Below are positions 7,821 to 15,868 of a stretch of DNA of 44,365 bases, one piece after another. Position numbers and translations under genes: made by a program. How positions within the stretch are numbered: the first letter of the stretch is position 1; each line of letters starts with the position of its first letter. This DNA comes from Gammaproteobacteria bacterium (GTDB lineage Bacteria > Pseudomonadota > Gammaproteobacteria > Steroidobacterales > JABDKV01): contig JABDKV010000325.1 in the NCBI GenBank assembly GCA_013002045.1, positions 1-44,365 on the forward strand, read 5' to 3'. The notes under the pieces were generated by a model. That model made no database searches and was not told the DNA's origin. It saw only the letters and a list, made by a program, of their open reading frames with translations.

Positions 7821-9071
7821 ATGAATGACAAAAATGAGAACCCGCTACGCAGCCGTGCGACATTCGTCGGTGTGGACGCCGGTATCGTTGAAGATGTGAC
7901 CGAGACTGCCGGGCGTCGGCTCGAGATAACGGTCATGGACAACGTCGAGCAATTACTGACGGCATCGGGCCTGGGAACACTGGACTGCGAAGTTGTCGTT
8001 CTCGGGCAGAAGGTCTCTGAGCCGGTCAAGCTGGCGCAACGGATTTACACACTGGATCGCAACATCCAGATCATTACGCTGGTTGCCTCCGGGCAGGAAG
8101 AAGAATTCCGTCGTGTAATCAACTACACACCGTTTCTGAGCGATGCCGTCAACCTGTTGTCGGTCGATCGCAGCGAGCAACTGTCGGAATTTATTCGCCG
8201 CGCCGTCAAGCGCGCCCATCGTCGTTGCAGTTACCGGCGTAATGCCGACTCAGCCGGCTCGGGTAATGGGTCACCACAGGGTGCCGAACTCGTGCAATAC
8301 CTGGGTAGCCTGCTCGAACATGCGCCGATCGGAATGCTGACGCTGGATAGCAACGGTCGCATCCAGACACTTAACAGGCGCGGGCGCGAAATACTCGGCG
8401 TTACCGAAAAAGAAGTTCTCGATACACCTTTCGTCAGTTTCTTCCTGCCGGTCGACCAGATTCGGCTGGGCCGGGTACTGACGGGAGATGGCGATTACGG
8501 TGGTCACTTTCGCGTCGCCAATGATCGCGACCAGGTCCACTTTGTCGAAGTCACCTCATCTGAGTACCTGTCGCGCTCCGGCCAGCCAGGGCGCATGGTG
8601 ATACTTCACGACGTCACCGACCGGGTAAAAGCCGAGACGGCGCGACGACGAGCCGCCGCGGCGTTGCAGGCCAGTGAGGATCGCTTCATGGAACTGGCCG
8701 AAGTATTACGCCTGATTCCGTGGGAAGCCGATGTCGAAACACGCCAGATCACCTACGTCGGCGAGCAGGCAGAAGAGATACTGGGCTTTCCACGCAAGCA
8801 ATGGTACAGCGAAGATTTCTGGCTGCATGCACTGCATCCCGACGACGCTGCGGAGGCCGCCAGTACGCGCTGGGACAACAGTCGCCGCCTGCAAAACTTC
8901 GATCACCAGTACCGCATGGTTGGCGCCGATGGCCAGGTCGTCTGGATCCATGACATCGTCAACGTAGTCCGTGACGAACAGGCCCGGCCGGTCAAGATAC
9001 GTGGCTTCATGGTCGACGTTAGCGAAAGCCATAGCGCCATTCTGCCTGCAGCGCATAATCAACACGGCTAA
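7821..9071 (+). CDS. Cytoplasmic PAS-domain signalling protein (receiver-like N-terminus + two PAS domains, no recognisable output domain)
   Basis: 416 aa. PAS 1 reads LLEHAPIGMLTLDSNGRIQTLNRRGREILGVTEKEVLDTPF...ILHDVTDR. PAS 2 reads LRLIPWEADVETRQITYVGEQAEEILGFPRKQW...YRMVGADGQVVWIHD. It has no HisKA, GGDEF, EAL or HTH motif. The start codon is uncertain because there is no clear SD. Confidence 0.7.
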   Translation: MNDKNENPLRSRATFVGVDAGIVEDVTETAGRRLEITVMDNVEQLLTASGLGTLDCEVVVLGQKVSEPVKLAQRIYTLDRNIQIITLVASGQEEEFRRVINYTPFLSDAVNLLSVDRSEQLSEFIRRAVKRAHRRCSYRRNADSAGSGNGSPQGAELVQYLGSLLEHAPIGMLTLDSNGRIQTLNRRGREILGVTEKEVLDTPFVSFFLPVDQIRLGRVLTGDGDYGGHFRVANDRDQVHFVEVTSSEYLSRSGQPGRMVILHDVTDRVKAETARRRAAAALQASEDRFMELAEVLRLIPWEADVETRQITYVGEQAEEILGFPRKQWYSEDFWLHALHPDDAAEAASTRWDNSRRLQNFDHQYRMVGADGQVVWIHDIVNVVRDEQARPVKIRGFMVDVSESHSAILPAAHNQHG

Positions 9072-9093
9072 ACGACGCTGATACACTAGCTGC

Positions 9094-9483
9094 ATGTGGT
9101 CTATGTCTCGCCGCGATACGGCTTTGTTTGCGTTATTCGCTCTGTTCGCCGGTGCGCTGGTCTACCTTGGGGCGCGCCCTGATAGCGCCTACGCAATGGG
9201 CGGCAGCGCAGCCGCATTCGCCAATCTACCCTCTTTTCTGCACACCGTGGCCTTCGCGATCGCGATTGCCTTGTGCTTTGAAATGCGGACTGCCAGGTGG
9301 CTGGCCGCATTGGCCTGGGGCAGTGTCGAAGTCATCGCAGAATTGCTGCAACTGCTACCATCGCCACCGGTTCAATTTGCAGGCTTTCGTTTGCAATGGA
9401 CTTTTGATCGACTGGACGTGGTTGCCTGCGTCTGCGGCCTGCTCGTCGCTTTGCTTGTGCTAAACAAATTGGAAAGAGAATGA
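9094..9483 (+). CDS. Small integral membrane protein (about 4 predicted TM helices), unknown function
   Basis: 129 aa with hydrophobic segments ALFALFALFAGALVYLG, FLHTVAFAIAIALCF, LAALAWGSVEVIAELL and VVACVCGLLVALLVL. It starts 22 nt after the PAS gene and overlaps the next gene by ATGA. The start could instead be ATG 9103. Confidence 0.5.
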   Translation: MWSMSRRDTALFALFALFAGALVYLGARPDSAYAMGGSAAAFANLPSFLHTVAFAIAIALCFEMRTARWLAALAWGSVEVIAELLQLLPSPPVQFAGFRLQWTFDRLDVVACVCGLLVALLVLNKLERE

Positions 9484-10502
9484 AAAACCGCTTTGCTTTC
9501 GTGTTCGTTTCGCTCGTCGGTGTCGTTACGCTTCTCGCCAGCAGCATTACAGAGGAGGATGGCACCATTGATCCTCCAGTTGCGGTAACCGTCAATTACA
9601 CCGTGACAGCATCCACTGGTGTCAGCCGGGAAATAGACATTCGCACCGACACGCTGCAGACGTTGACGCTGAGTGGCAGCTACAGCGGATTCTCTGGTGA
9701 TGGACTGACACTCGACCGCGCCTCAGTGACCTTTGCTCCGAGCAGTGAATTCGACCTCAGCTTCACGTCCAAATCTGCTGACGAGACGCTCAGCGGGACG
9801 ACGGTCATCGATGTAACCGACACTATCGATTTCAGCCTCGACACCAACCCGCTCTCGGGGCAATACGTGAGTGACTTCGATGGCACCACCACGGTGGTCA
9901 CGATCGCCACCGATGGTGTCGGGATCGCGGTAGGTTCAGCGGCAGCCGTCGATTACACATGGGCCGAGTTCGATGCCCTCGGCAACGACACCAGCGTCGC
10001 AGACGACATCCGCGCAGCGGCGCTGGCGCTGGATATGCTGGATGCACTGGTACGTGCGCTGTACTTCGCCGAGCTTGTGATTACGGATGTCGAAGCCAAC
10101 CGTACCGTGCTCGAAGGATCGAATCTCAACACACCCGTGGCGATTGACTGCGACAATGACGCGACCCAGGGAACCGGGCAGGCATCGTTGTCCTGGACCA
10201 GTGATGCCAGCGGCGATGATCAGGGTGTGATTGGGCGCGATGACAGTTTCCGCGGCCGTTATCGCAATTGCTATGTCAGTGAGCGCCTGCGTTTTATCGA
10301 GGGCGATATCGACATCTCGGATTACATCCCGGATCGTGGCGACGGCCTGCGCAGACTGGGCGCCACGGTTGATCTGTCTGACCTGTTCGTGGCCGAAGGC
10401 GAGATCGATTTCAATACACCGGTCGCGGTCGACTCCCCGCGCCTCGACGGCCGCTTCCAGTTGTCTTACGTCGAAAACGAAGTCAGCGTTGCCGCCGACT
10501 GA
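9480..10502 (+). CDS. Secreted acidic Asp/Thr/Ser-rich protein, unknown function
   Basis: 340 aa. The N-terminal signal-like segment is MKNRFAFVFVSLVGVVTLLASS. The protein is very D/T/S rich, has two Cys (AIDCDND, RYRNCYV), and belongs to no family I recognise. Confidence 0.6.
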   Translation: MKNRFAFVFVSLVGVVTLLASSITEEDGTIDPPVAVTVNYTVTASTGVSREIDIRTDTLQTLTLSGSYSGFSGDGLTLDRASVTFAPSSEFDLSFTSKSADETLSGTTVIDVTDTIDFSLDTNPLSGQYVSDFDGTTTVVTIATDGVGIAVGSAAAVDYTWAEFDALGNDTSVADDIRAAALALDMLDALVRALYFAELVITDVEANRTVLEGSNLNTPVAIDCDNDATQGTGQASLSWTSDASGDDQGVIGRDDSFRGRYRNCYVSERLRFIEGDIDISDYIPDRGDGLRRLGATVDLSDLFVAEGEIDFNTPVAVDSPRLDGRFQLSYVENEVSVAAD

Positions 10503-11115
10503 GATAGTCGTGCCATAACAGGCGCGCAGCTACGCTACGCCAGGGTTTGAATCCAGCCACCAGCGCTGAACGATCCCCATGGCGCGGAATACCCCATCGC
10601 TCACTCACGACCTGCTGCAGGGCGATATCACCATCGGGCCAGACATCGGCGCGACACATGGCCAGCAGCAGGTAGCAATTTGCGCTCCATTCCCCAATCC
10701 CGCGCATTGCACAGAGTCGCTCACGCACCAGCTCATTGCTGAGCCGACCCAGTGCTGCGGCCTGAAACTCCCCTGTTGTTACGGCTTCGGCCAGGTCGAC
10801 CAGGTAGGCCGCCTTTTGCCGCGTTACACCGGCACGACGCAATGGTGCCGCGCCGACGTCGACTACTCGCCCGGCATTGAAAGGCTGCACCGCCCGGCGC
10901 ACGCGCAACCAGGCCTGCCGACCGGAGTGCAGCGAGACCTGTTGTTCGAGAATAATTTGCGCCAGCGTCTGCCAACCCGGCGCCCGGCGCCAAAAGGGCG
11001 GGATGCCAAACTCGGATATGATCGACTGTAGCTGGTTATCGCTGGCACAGGCTGCGCGGACGCTGCGGTGCCAGTTTGTCGGTGTCAGCGCCCGGTCTGA
11101 CGTGGTTGCGTTCAC
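10483..11115 (-). CDS. HhH-GPD DNA glycosylase, AlkA-like (DNA-3-methyladenine glycosylase II family)
   Basis: 210 aa with WQTLAQIILEQQVS, the HhH motif AMRGIGEWSANCYLL, and a catalytic Asp context DVWPDGDIALQQ. The GTG start overlaps the upstream stop (GTGA). Confidence 0.75.
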   Translation of the reverse strand: MNATTSDRALTPTNWHRSVRAACASDNQLQSIISEFGIPPFWRRAPGWQTLAQIILEQQVSLHSGRQAWLRVRRAVQPFNAGRVVDVGAAPLRRAGVTRQKAAYLVDLAEAVTTGEFQAAALGRLSNELVRERLCAMRGIGEWSANCYLLLAMCRADVWPDGDIALQQVVSERWGIPRHGDRSALVAGFKPWRSVAARLLWHDYLSRRQR

Positions 11116-12548
11116 AGCGCCTTGAGTTGTCTCGGGTGCGTTGCTTGCTCAGCGACGACAACACGATTGCGACCGCTGCCCTTCGCCTGGTAAAGCGCAC
11201 GATCCGCCGCACTTACCAGTTCGAGTGGATCGTAATGCGGTCCGGGAATGACACTGGCGATGCCGATACTCAGTGTCACGGTCTCGGCCACCGGTGAAGC
11301 ACCGTGCGGGATCGCAAGCTCAGCCACCCGCTTTTGCATTTTCTCCGACAACACCAGCGCCGCGTCAGCATCGGCACCCGCAATGACTACGCCGAATTCC
11401 TCACCACCATAGCGGGCGGCGAGCTCCCCGGCCCGCTTGAAACAGCTGTCTATCGCCTGCGCAACCGCGTGCAAGGCCTTGTCACCTGCGGGGTGACCAT
11501 AGCGATCATTGAATGCCTTGAAAAAATCGATATCGCAAAGAATCAACGCCAGGTTACGGCCATCACGTGCCGACCGGCGCACTTCCTTGCCAAGAACCTC
11601 GTCAAAGTGACGGCGATTGGCAATCGCAGTTACTGCGTCAATCCGGGCCAGCTGTTCCAATGTCGCGGTATTCTGACGATCCTGTTCGGCCGCCTCCTCG
11701 CGGGCTTTCCATTCGGTCATGTCACGCGTGACTGCAAGATAAAGATTGCGACCCTGAATTTCGATCTGGCTCAGCGACACGTCCATCGGGAATGTCGTGC
11801 CATCGCGACGCCGGCCTTCGAACTCGCGACCCGGGAATTGCATTTGCTGGACGCTGCCGCTTTGCAGGTTGTCATCGAGTTCACTGGCAAATGGCTCGGC
11901 CACCAGCAACGAAATTCGCTGACCCTCGATCTCACCGGCGTTGTAGCCAAAAACCTGCTCTGCCGCGGCGTTAATCGCACGCACGACTCCGTTGTCGTCA
12001 AAGGTCAGGATACCTTCGACCATCGAGTCAATAACCGCCCCAACCTGCGAGCTGCTGAGGTCGTCCTGGAACTGGCGCAGGACTGCGGCGACGGCAGTCG
12101 TAAATGGCTGCAGGCTGCGCAACCGTGCTGGCGATGGCGAGGCAGCAAAGCCTGTCAGTGCCATAATTCCGTGGGTGTCTTTATTCAGCTGCAGCAGCAA
12201 CGCCAGCTCGCTGCCTGAGGAGCCATCACGATAGGTAAGCGTGCCCGCATGCAACGCGTCGTAGGCAAGATCATCGAGGATTTCGAGCACCTGCTCGCGA
12301 TCACAACTGCCGTCGATATCATCATGCAGACGATACGGTTCATCATCACGGACGAATGCCAGCAGCCCACTGCTGGCACCGAGTAAACGCATGGCTATCG
12401 CCAGTACCGATGCGGCGGTTTCACTCTGGGTCGCGGCCGGGTCAAAATGCGCCTGGGTCTCAACAATTGCACGCAGTACGGCCTGCGACCATTGCGGTGG
12501 CGTGGTATCGACATGGCCATTTGACGGCTTGGGCTGGTTTAGTGTCAT
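11112..12548 (-). CDS. GAF-like/PAS/GGDEF diguanylate cyclase
   Basis: 478 aa. The PAS motif is MVEGILTFDDNGVVRAINAAAEQVFGYNAGEIEG...VTRDMTE. The GGDEF domain carries ARYGGEEFGV, and its I-site position reads RAGE (degenerate RxxD). Confidence 0.9.
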   Translation of the reverse strand: MTLNQPKPSNGHVDTTPPQWSQAVLRAIVETQAHFDPAATQSETAASVLAIAMRLLGASSGLLAFVRDDEPYRLHDDIDGSCDREQVLEILDDLAYDALHAGTLTYRDGSSGSELALLLQLNKDTHGIMALTGFAASPSPARLRSLQPFTTAVAAVLRQFQDDLSSSQVGAVIDSMVEGILTFDDNGVVRAINAAAEQVFGYNAGEIEGQRISLLVAEPFASELDDNLQSGSVQQMQFPGREFEGRRRDGTTFPMDVSLSQIEIQGRNLYLAVTRDMTEWKAREEAAEQDRQNTATLEQLARIDAVTAIANRRHFDEVLGKEVRRSARDGRNLALILCDIDFFKAFNDRYGHPAGDKALHAVAQAIDSCFKRAGELAARYGGEEFGVVIAGADADAALVLSEKMQKRVAELAIPHGASPVAETVTLSIGIASVIPGPHYDPLELVSAADRALYQAKGSGRNRVVVAEQATHPRQLKAL

Positions 12549-12673
12549 TCCGCTCTACACGCGCTATCGCCATGCGATCCGCGATTTTTGCGACCGCGTA
12601 ATCAAACCGTAATTGCAAAGTGAAATGCAACGCCGCGGCCGACATTCCTTAACATTGGGAGAATGTTCCCGGC

Positions 12674-13327
12674 CTAGTCGACGATCGCAAAAGCGCGTAC
12701 GGGAAACGATCCGGCGCCGCAAACCGGTGCCGGCGCGGCAAAAAACCGCGAGCCACGCCCCGGCAGCTGATCGAGACGTGTCAGGTGCTCGGTTATCGGG
12801 ATGCCTGCGGCCAGCAGCCGGCTGTGTACCGGCCGGTCCGGATCGCTGGTCGCATCGATATTCATAGAGTCTATGCCGACATGTACGACGCCCGCTTCGA
12901 CCAGATATCGTGCCGCAGCGGCACTGAGGTGCGGGTGACCGGAAAAGTAGGCCGGGGTACCCCAGTGACGACTCCAGTCGGTGTAAACCAGTACCGCCTT
13001 GCCGTGTAGGACATGACCGACGAAATGATCCCGATCTATTAGCGTCACGCCGACAGCCGCGATGCAGACAGCATCGAGATTTACCAGCCGTTCCAGGTCG
13101 ATAGCGGCGATGTCCGGCATGTTGGCATAGCGATGGAATGGCGCGTCGGTGTAGGTGCCGGTGTTGCCGACTATGTTAACCGCGGCAATATGAAAGCCGA
13201 CATCCCTGCTATACTCAGAAGTGCTGGAATCATGACTACGATAAGGCCCGACCTGAGGCGCCGGCAGACCGGGATATGTTGCCCTCCCGTGTTCAATACG
13301 ATGACTCAGATCAATTAATCGGGACAT
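12674..13327 (-). CDS. Cyclase-family protein (kynurenine formamidase/arylformamidase-like fold) with a degenerate metal motif
   Basis: 217 aa with the general layout of the putative cyclase family. The signature HxGTHxDxPxH reads NTGTYTDAPFH here. Confidence 0.7.
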   Translation of the reverse strand: MSRLIDLSHRIEHGRATYPGLPAPQVGPYRSHDSSTSEYSRDVGFHIAAVNIVGNTGTYTDAPFHRYANMPDIAAIDLERLVNLDAVCIAAVGVTLIDRDHFVGHVLHGKAVLVYTDWSRHWGTPAYFSGHPHLSAAAARYLVEAGVVHVGIDSMNIDATSDPDRPVHSRLLAAGIPITEHLTRLDQLPGRGSRFFAAPAPVCGAGSFPVRAFAIVD

Positions 13328-13417
13328 ATGTCAAATCCTCGCTGTGTGCGTGACTGTGAACCCCGTCACGTTTCCTGACTATATGTCACATTTGCGACGG
13401 TTCATTTTCCAGCCGAG

Positions 13418-13433
13418 TGTGATGGCTGTCACA
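13418..13433. promoter_or_regulatory. CRP/Vfr/Clp-type binding palindrome TGTGA-N6-TCACA
   Basis: TGTGATGGCTGTCACA has both half-sites perfect. It lies in the 166-bp divergent intergenic region between the cyclase-family gene (start 13327) and the small ORF (ATG 13494). Confidence 0.5.
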
Positions 13434-13493
13434 GAAATGTAGACATTGGCCAGCTACACTACGTTTGCCCAACTCAGAATCGGGGGAAAAAAC

Positions 13494-13664
13494 ATGAGCA
13501 ATGACTCAAAGAAAGACACTGGCAGTACGACGCCGGAATGGCATCCATACAAGGTATGGCAGCAGCGCATCCGCGATGCTGAAGCTGTAGACGCCGACCA
13601 AAAAACCAGTGTGACCGGCAGCTGGCGCACCGACACTGTCTGGCAGAACCTGATTAAAGGATAG
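13494..13664 (+). CDS. Small hypothetical protein (56 aa, Trp-rich)
   Basis: MSNDSKKDTGSTTPEWHPYKVWQQRIRDAEAVDADQKTSVTGSWRTDTVWQNLIKG. The ATG is preceded by GGGGGAAAAAAC (SD-like). I recognise no family. Confidence 0.4.
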   Translation: MSNDSKKDTGSTTPEWHPYKVWQQRIRDAEAVDADQKTSVTGSWRTDTVWQNLIKG

Positions 13665-13670
13665 CTGCGC

Positions 13671-14633
13671 TCAGTAGCGAACCAGTGCAGAGCCCCAGGT
13701 GAAACCGCCACCGAAGGCTTCCAGCAGCATTACATCACCGCGTTGAATTTTTCCATCACGGACGGCGACGTCGAGTGCCATTGGCACCGATGCTGTCGAC
13801 GTGTTGCCGTGGTCTTCGATGGTCAGTATTACCCGCTCCATCGGCATATTGAGCTTGCGCGCGATGGCATTGATTATGCGGATGTTGGCCTGGTGCGGTA
13901 TTAACCAATCCAGATCGCTCTTGGTCATCTTGTTTGCCTCGAGGGTTTCCTCGACGATGCCACCGAGCGTATTGACGGCAACCTTGAAGACTTCGTTGCC
14001 ACGCATCTGCACGAAATCCTTGCCTTCGCGAAGTCGGTCAAAACCACTACCTACACCTGAGGGGAAGTACAACAGGTCCTTGTACGCGCCATCCGCATGC
14101 AGGTGCGTCGACAGGATGCCTGCCTCCTCACTGGCTTCGAGGACGACAGCGCCGGCACCATCGCCAAACAACACACAGGTGCCGCGATCACTCCAGTCGA
14201 CTATATTCGACAGCGTTTCGCCGCCGACGACGAGAGCATACTTTGCCTTGCCATCACGGACGAACTGGTCTGCCATACTGAGTGCGTAGATAAACCCGGT
14301 ACAGGCCGCCTCTATGCTGAATGCAGGGCAGCCGTGTATATCGAGACGGGCCTGTAGCAGACAACCCATATTCGGGAACACCTGGTCTGGCGTCGTTGTG
14401 CCGACAACGATCAGGCCGACGTCTTCAGGGCCGATACCGGCGGCCTCCATCGCAGCACGAGCCGCACCCTCGCACAGGTCGCCAGTGGTTTCGCCATCGA
14501 CGATGTGTCGGCGGCGTATACCGGTTCGTGTGCGAATCCACTCATCAGTGGTATCGACACGCTTCTCCAGGTCTGCGTTTGTAACGATGTTATCGGGCAG
14601 GCATCGCCCTGTTCCTGCAATACGTGAATACAC
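13671..14633 (-). CDS. fabH: 3-oxoacyl-ACP synthase III
   Basis: 320 aa. (M)[42 protein letters not shown] matches the E. coli FabH N-terminus. The active-site context is AACTGF, followed by HQAN and GNTS. The start is GTG, directly after the plsX stop. Confidence 0.95.
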   Translation of the reverse strand: MYSRIAGTGRCLPDNIVTNADLEKRVDTTDEWIRTRTGIRRRHIVDGETTGDLCEGAARAAMEAAGIGPEDVGLIVVGTTTPDQVFPNMGCLLQARLDIHGCPAFSIEAACTGFIYALSMADQFVRDGKAKYALVVGGETLSNIVDWSDRGTCVLFGDGAGAVVLEASEEAGILSTHLHADGAYKDLLYFPSGVGSGFDRLREGKDFVQMRGNEVFKVAVNTLGGIVEETLEANKMTKSDLDWLIPHQANIRIINAIARKLNMPMERVILTIEDHGNTSTASVPMALDVAVRDGKIQRGDVMLLEAFGGGFTWGSALVRY

Positions 14634-15650
14634 TCAGACTGCCTCCCGTGTTACAGCGGCTTGCGACACACATTGTGCGATTCGTTGTGGCAGGTCCCCA
14701 CCTGCCTCGAGGATTGCTTCGTCGATAGCGTAACCGAAAGCGAGCTCGTCGGCACCGCCGTGGCTCTTGACGACACTACCCCGCAGTCCCAGCAAACTGG
14801 CGCCATTGTAGCGCCGCGGATCGAAGCGCCGGCTCAGGCCGCTGTGACCGGAGCCCAGCAATCCCGACAATGCGCGCTGTAGAGGTCCGCGCTGCACTTC
14901 TTCGCGGACGATCGAAAGTAATTCGCGACAGGCGCCTTCCATGGTCTTGAGCGCCACATTACCGGTAAAGCCGTCAGTAACGACCACATTGGCTGTGCCG
15001 GCCATGATGCCATCGCCCTCGATATAACCGAGGTAGTTGAGACCGGTCTGGCGCAGCAGTTGGTCGGCCTCACGAATCTGGCTGGTGCCCTTGATGGACT
15101 CCGAACCAATATTGAGCAGCGCAACCGTTGGCTGTTCGACCCCGAACACGCCCTGCGCCAACCCCGATCCCATGATCGCAAACTGCAGCAGGTTCTGCGC
15201 ACTGCAATCAGAGTTCGCGCCAAGGTCGAGCATGCACGTCTTGCCGCCACGTGCCGGTAATGCCGAGGCGATGGCCGGGCGATCGATGCCATCGACCATC
15301 TTCAGCAAGTAGCGCGACTTGGCAACCAGCGCACCGGTATTGCCGGCACTGACGCACGCCTGGGCGCGACCGTCGCGCACCAGCTCCAACGCGTTGCGCA
15401 TCGACGAGTCACGCTTGCCGCGCAATGCCTGGGCTGGTGGCTCGTCCATTGCGACAACTTCGGTTGCGGCAACGATCTGCATACGCGCGGGCAAATCGTC
15501 CAGGTGCTCGTGCAGCACGTCGGGCTGGCCGACGAGAAGAATCTCCAGCTGTGAATGCCGCTCGAGCGCAGTCAACGCCGCAGGCACGGTGACCACCGGT
15601 CCATGGTCCCCGCTCATCGCATCAACAGCTATGACCACGGCTGCGGTCAT
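14634..15650 (-). CDS. plsX: Phosphate acyltransferase PlsX
   Basis: MTAAVVIAVDAMSGDHGP... is the typical PlsX start. I chose the internal ATG (15650) because the longer ORF would overlap rpmF. Confidence 0.93.
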   Translation of the reverse strand: MTAAVVIAVDAMSGDHGPVVTVPAALTALERHSQLEILLVGQPDVLHEHLDDLPARMQIVAATEVVAMDEPPAQALRGKRDSSMRNALELVRDGRAQACVSAGNTGALVAKSRYLLKMVDGIDRPAIASALPARGGKTCMLDLGANSDCSAQNLLQFAIMGSGLAQGVFGVEQPTVALLNIGSESIKGTSQIREADQLLRQTGLNYLGYIEGDGIMAGTANVVVTDGFTGNVALKTMEGACRELLSIVREEVQRGPLQRALSGLLGSGHSGLSRRFDPRRYNGASLLGLRGSVVKSHGGADELAFGYAIDEAILEAGGDLPQRIAQCVSQAAVTREAV

Positions 15651-15663
15651 GTTACGGGAGGAC

Positions 15664-15852
15664 TCAGTCCTCGAGATCAGTCTGCGTATCGAGGACTTTC
15701 TTGCCGCGGTAATAACCGTCGGCGGTGACCTGGTGACGACGGTGCGTTTCACCTGTCGATGAATCGATCGACAAAGTCGGCTTCTTCACGCAGTCATGCG
15801 AGCGACGCATGCCACGCTTAGATTGCGACTTTTTACTTTTCTGGACAGCCAT
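15664..15852 (-). CDS. rpmF: 50S ribosomal protein L32
   Basis: [20 protein letters not shown]... is the canonical L32 N-terminus. 62 aa. Confidence 0.97.
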   Translation of the reverse strand: MAVQKSKKSQSKRGMRRSHDCVKKPTLSIDSSTGETHRRHQVTADGYYRGKKVLDTQTDLED

Positions 15853-15868
15853 TGTTAAAGGCTCCTCT

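Noticed and set aside
11304-12218. A 304-aa plus-strand ORF lies antisense to the GAF/PAS/GGDEF gene.
   Set aside because: It has no recognisable domain. The minus-strand frame carries unambiguous PAS and GGEEF motifs. This is a GC-rich shadow ORF.
15651-15752. A 34-codon N-terminal extension of plsX overlaps rpmF. Similar upstream extensions occur for yceD (to 16438), maf (from 16394), the DUF5666 gene (from 17076), lolD (to 29747), the small exported protein gene (from 32456) and the CsiV-like gene (from 36266).
   Set aside because: In each case an internal ATG reproduces the expected family N-terminus or a signal peptide, and it removes an implausible overlap with the neighbouring gene.
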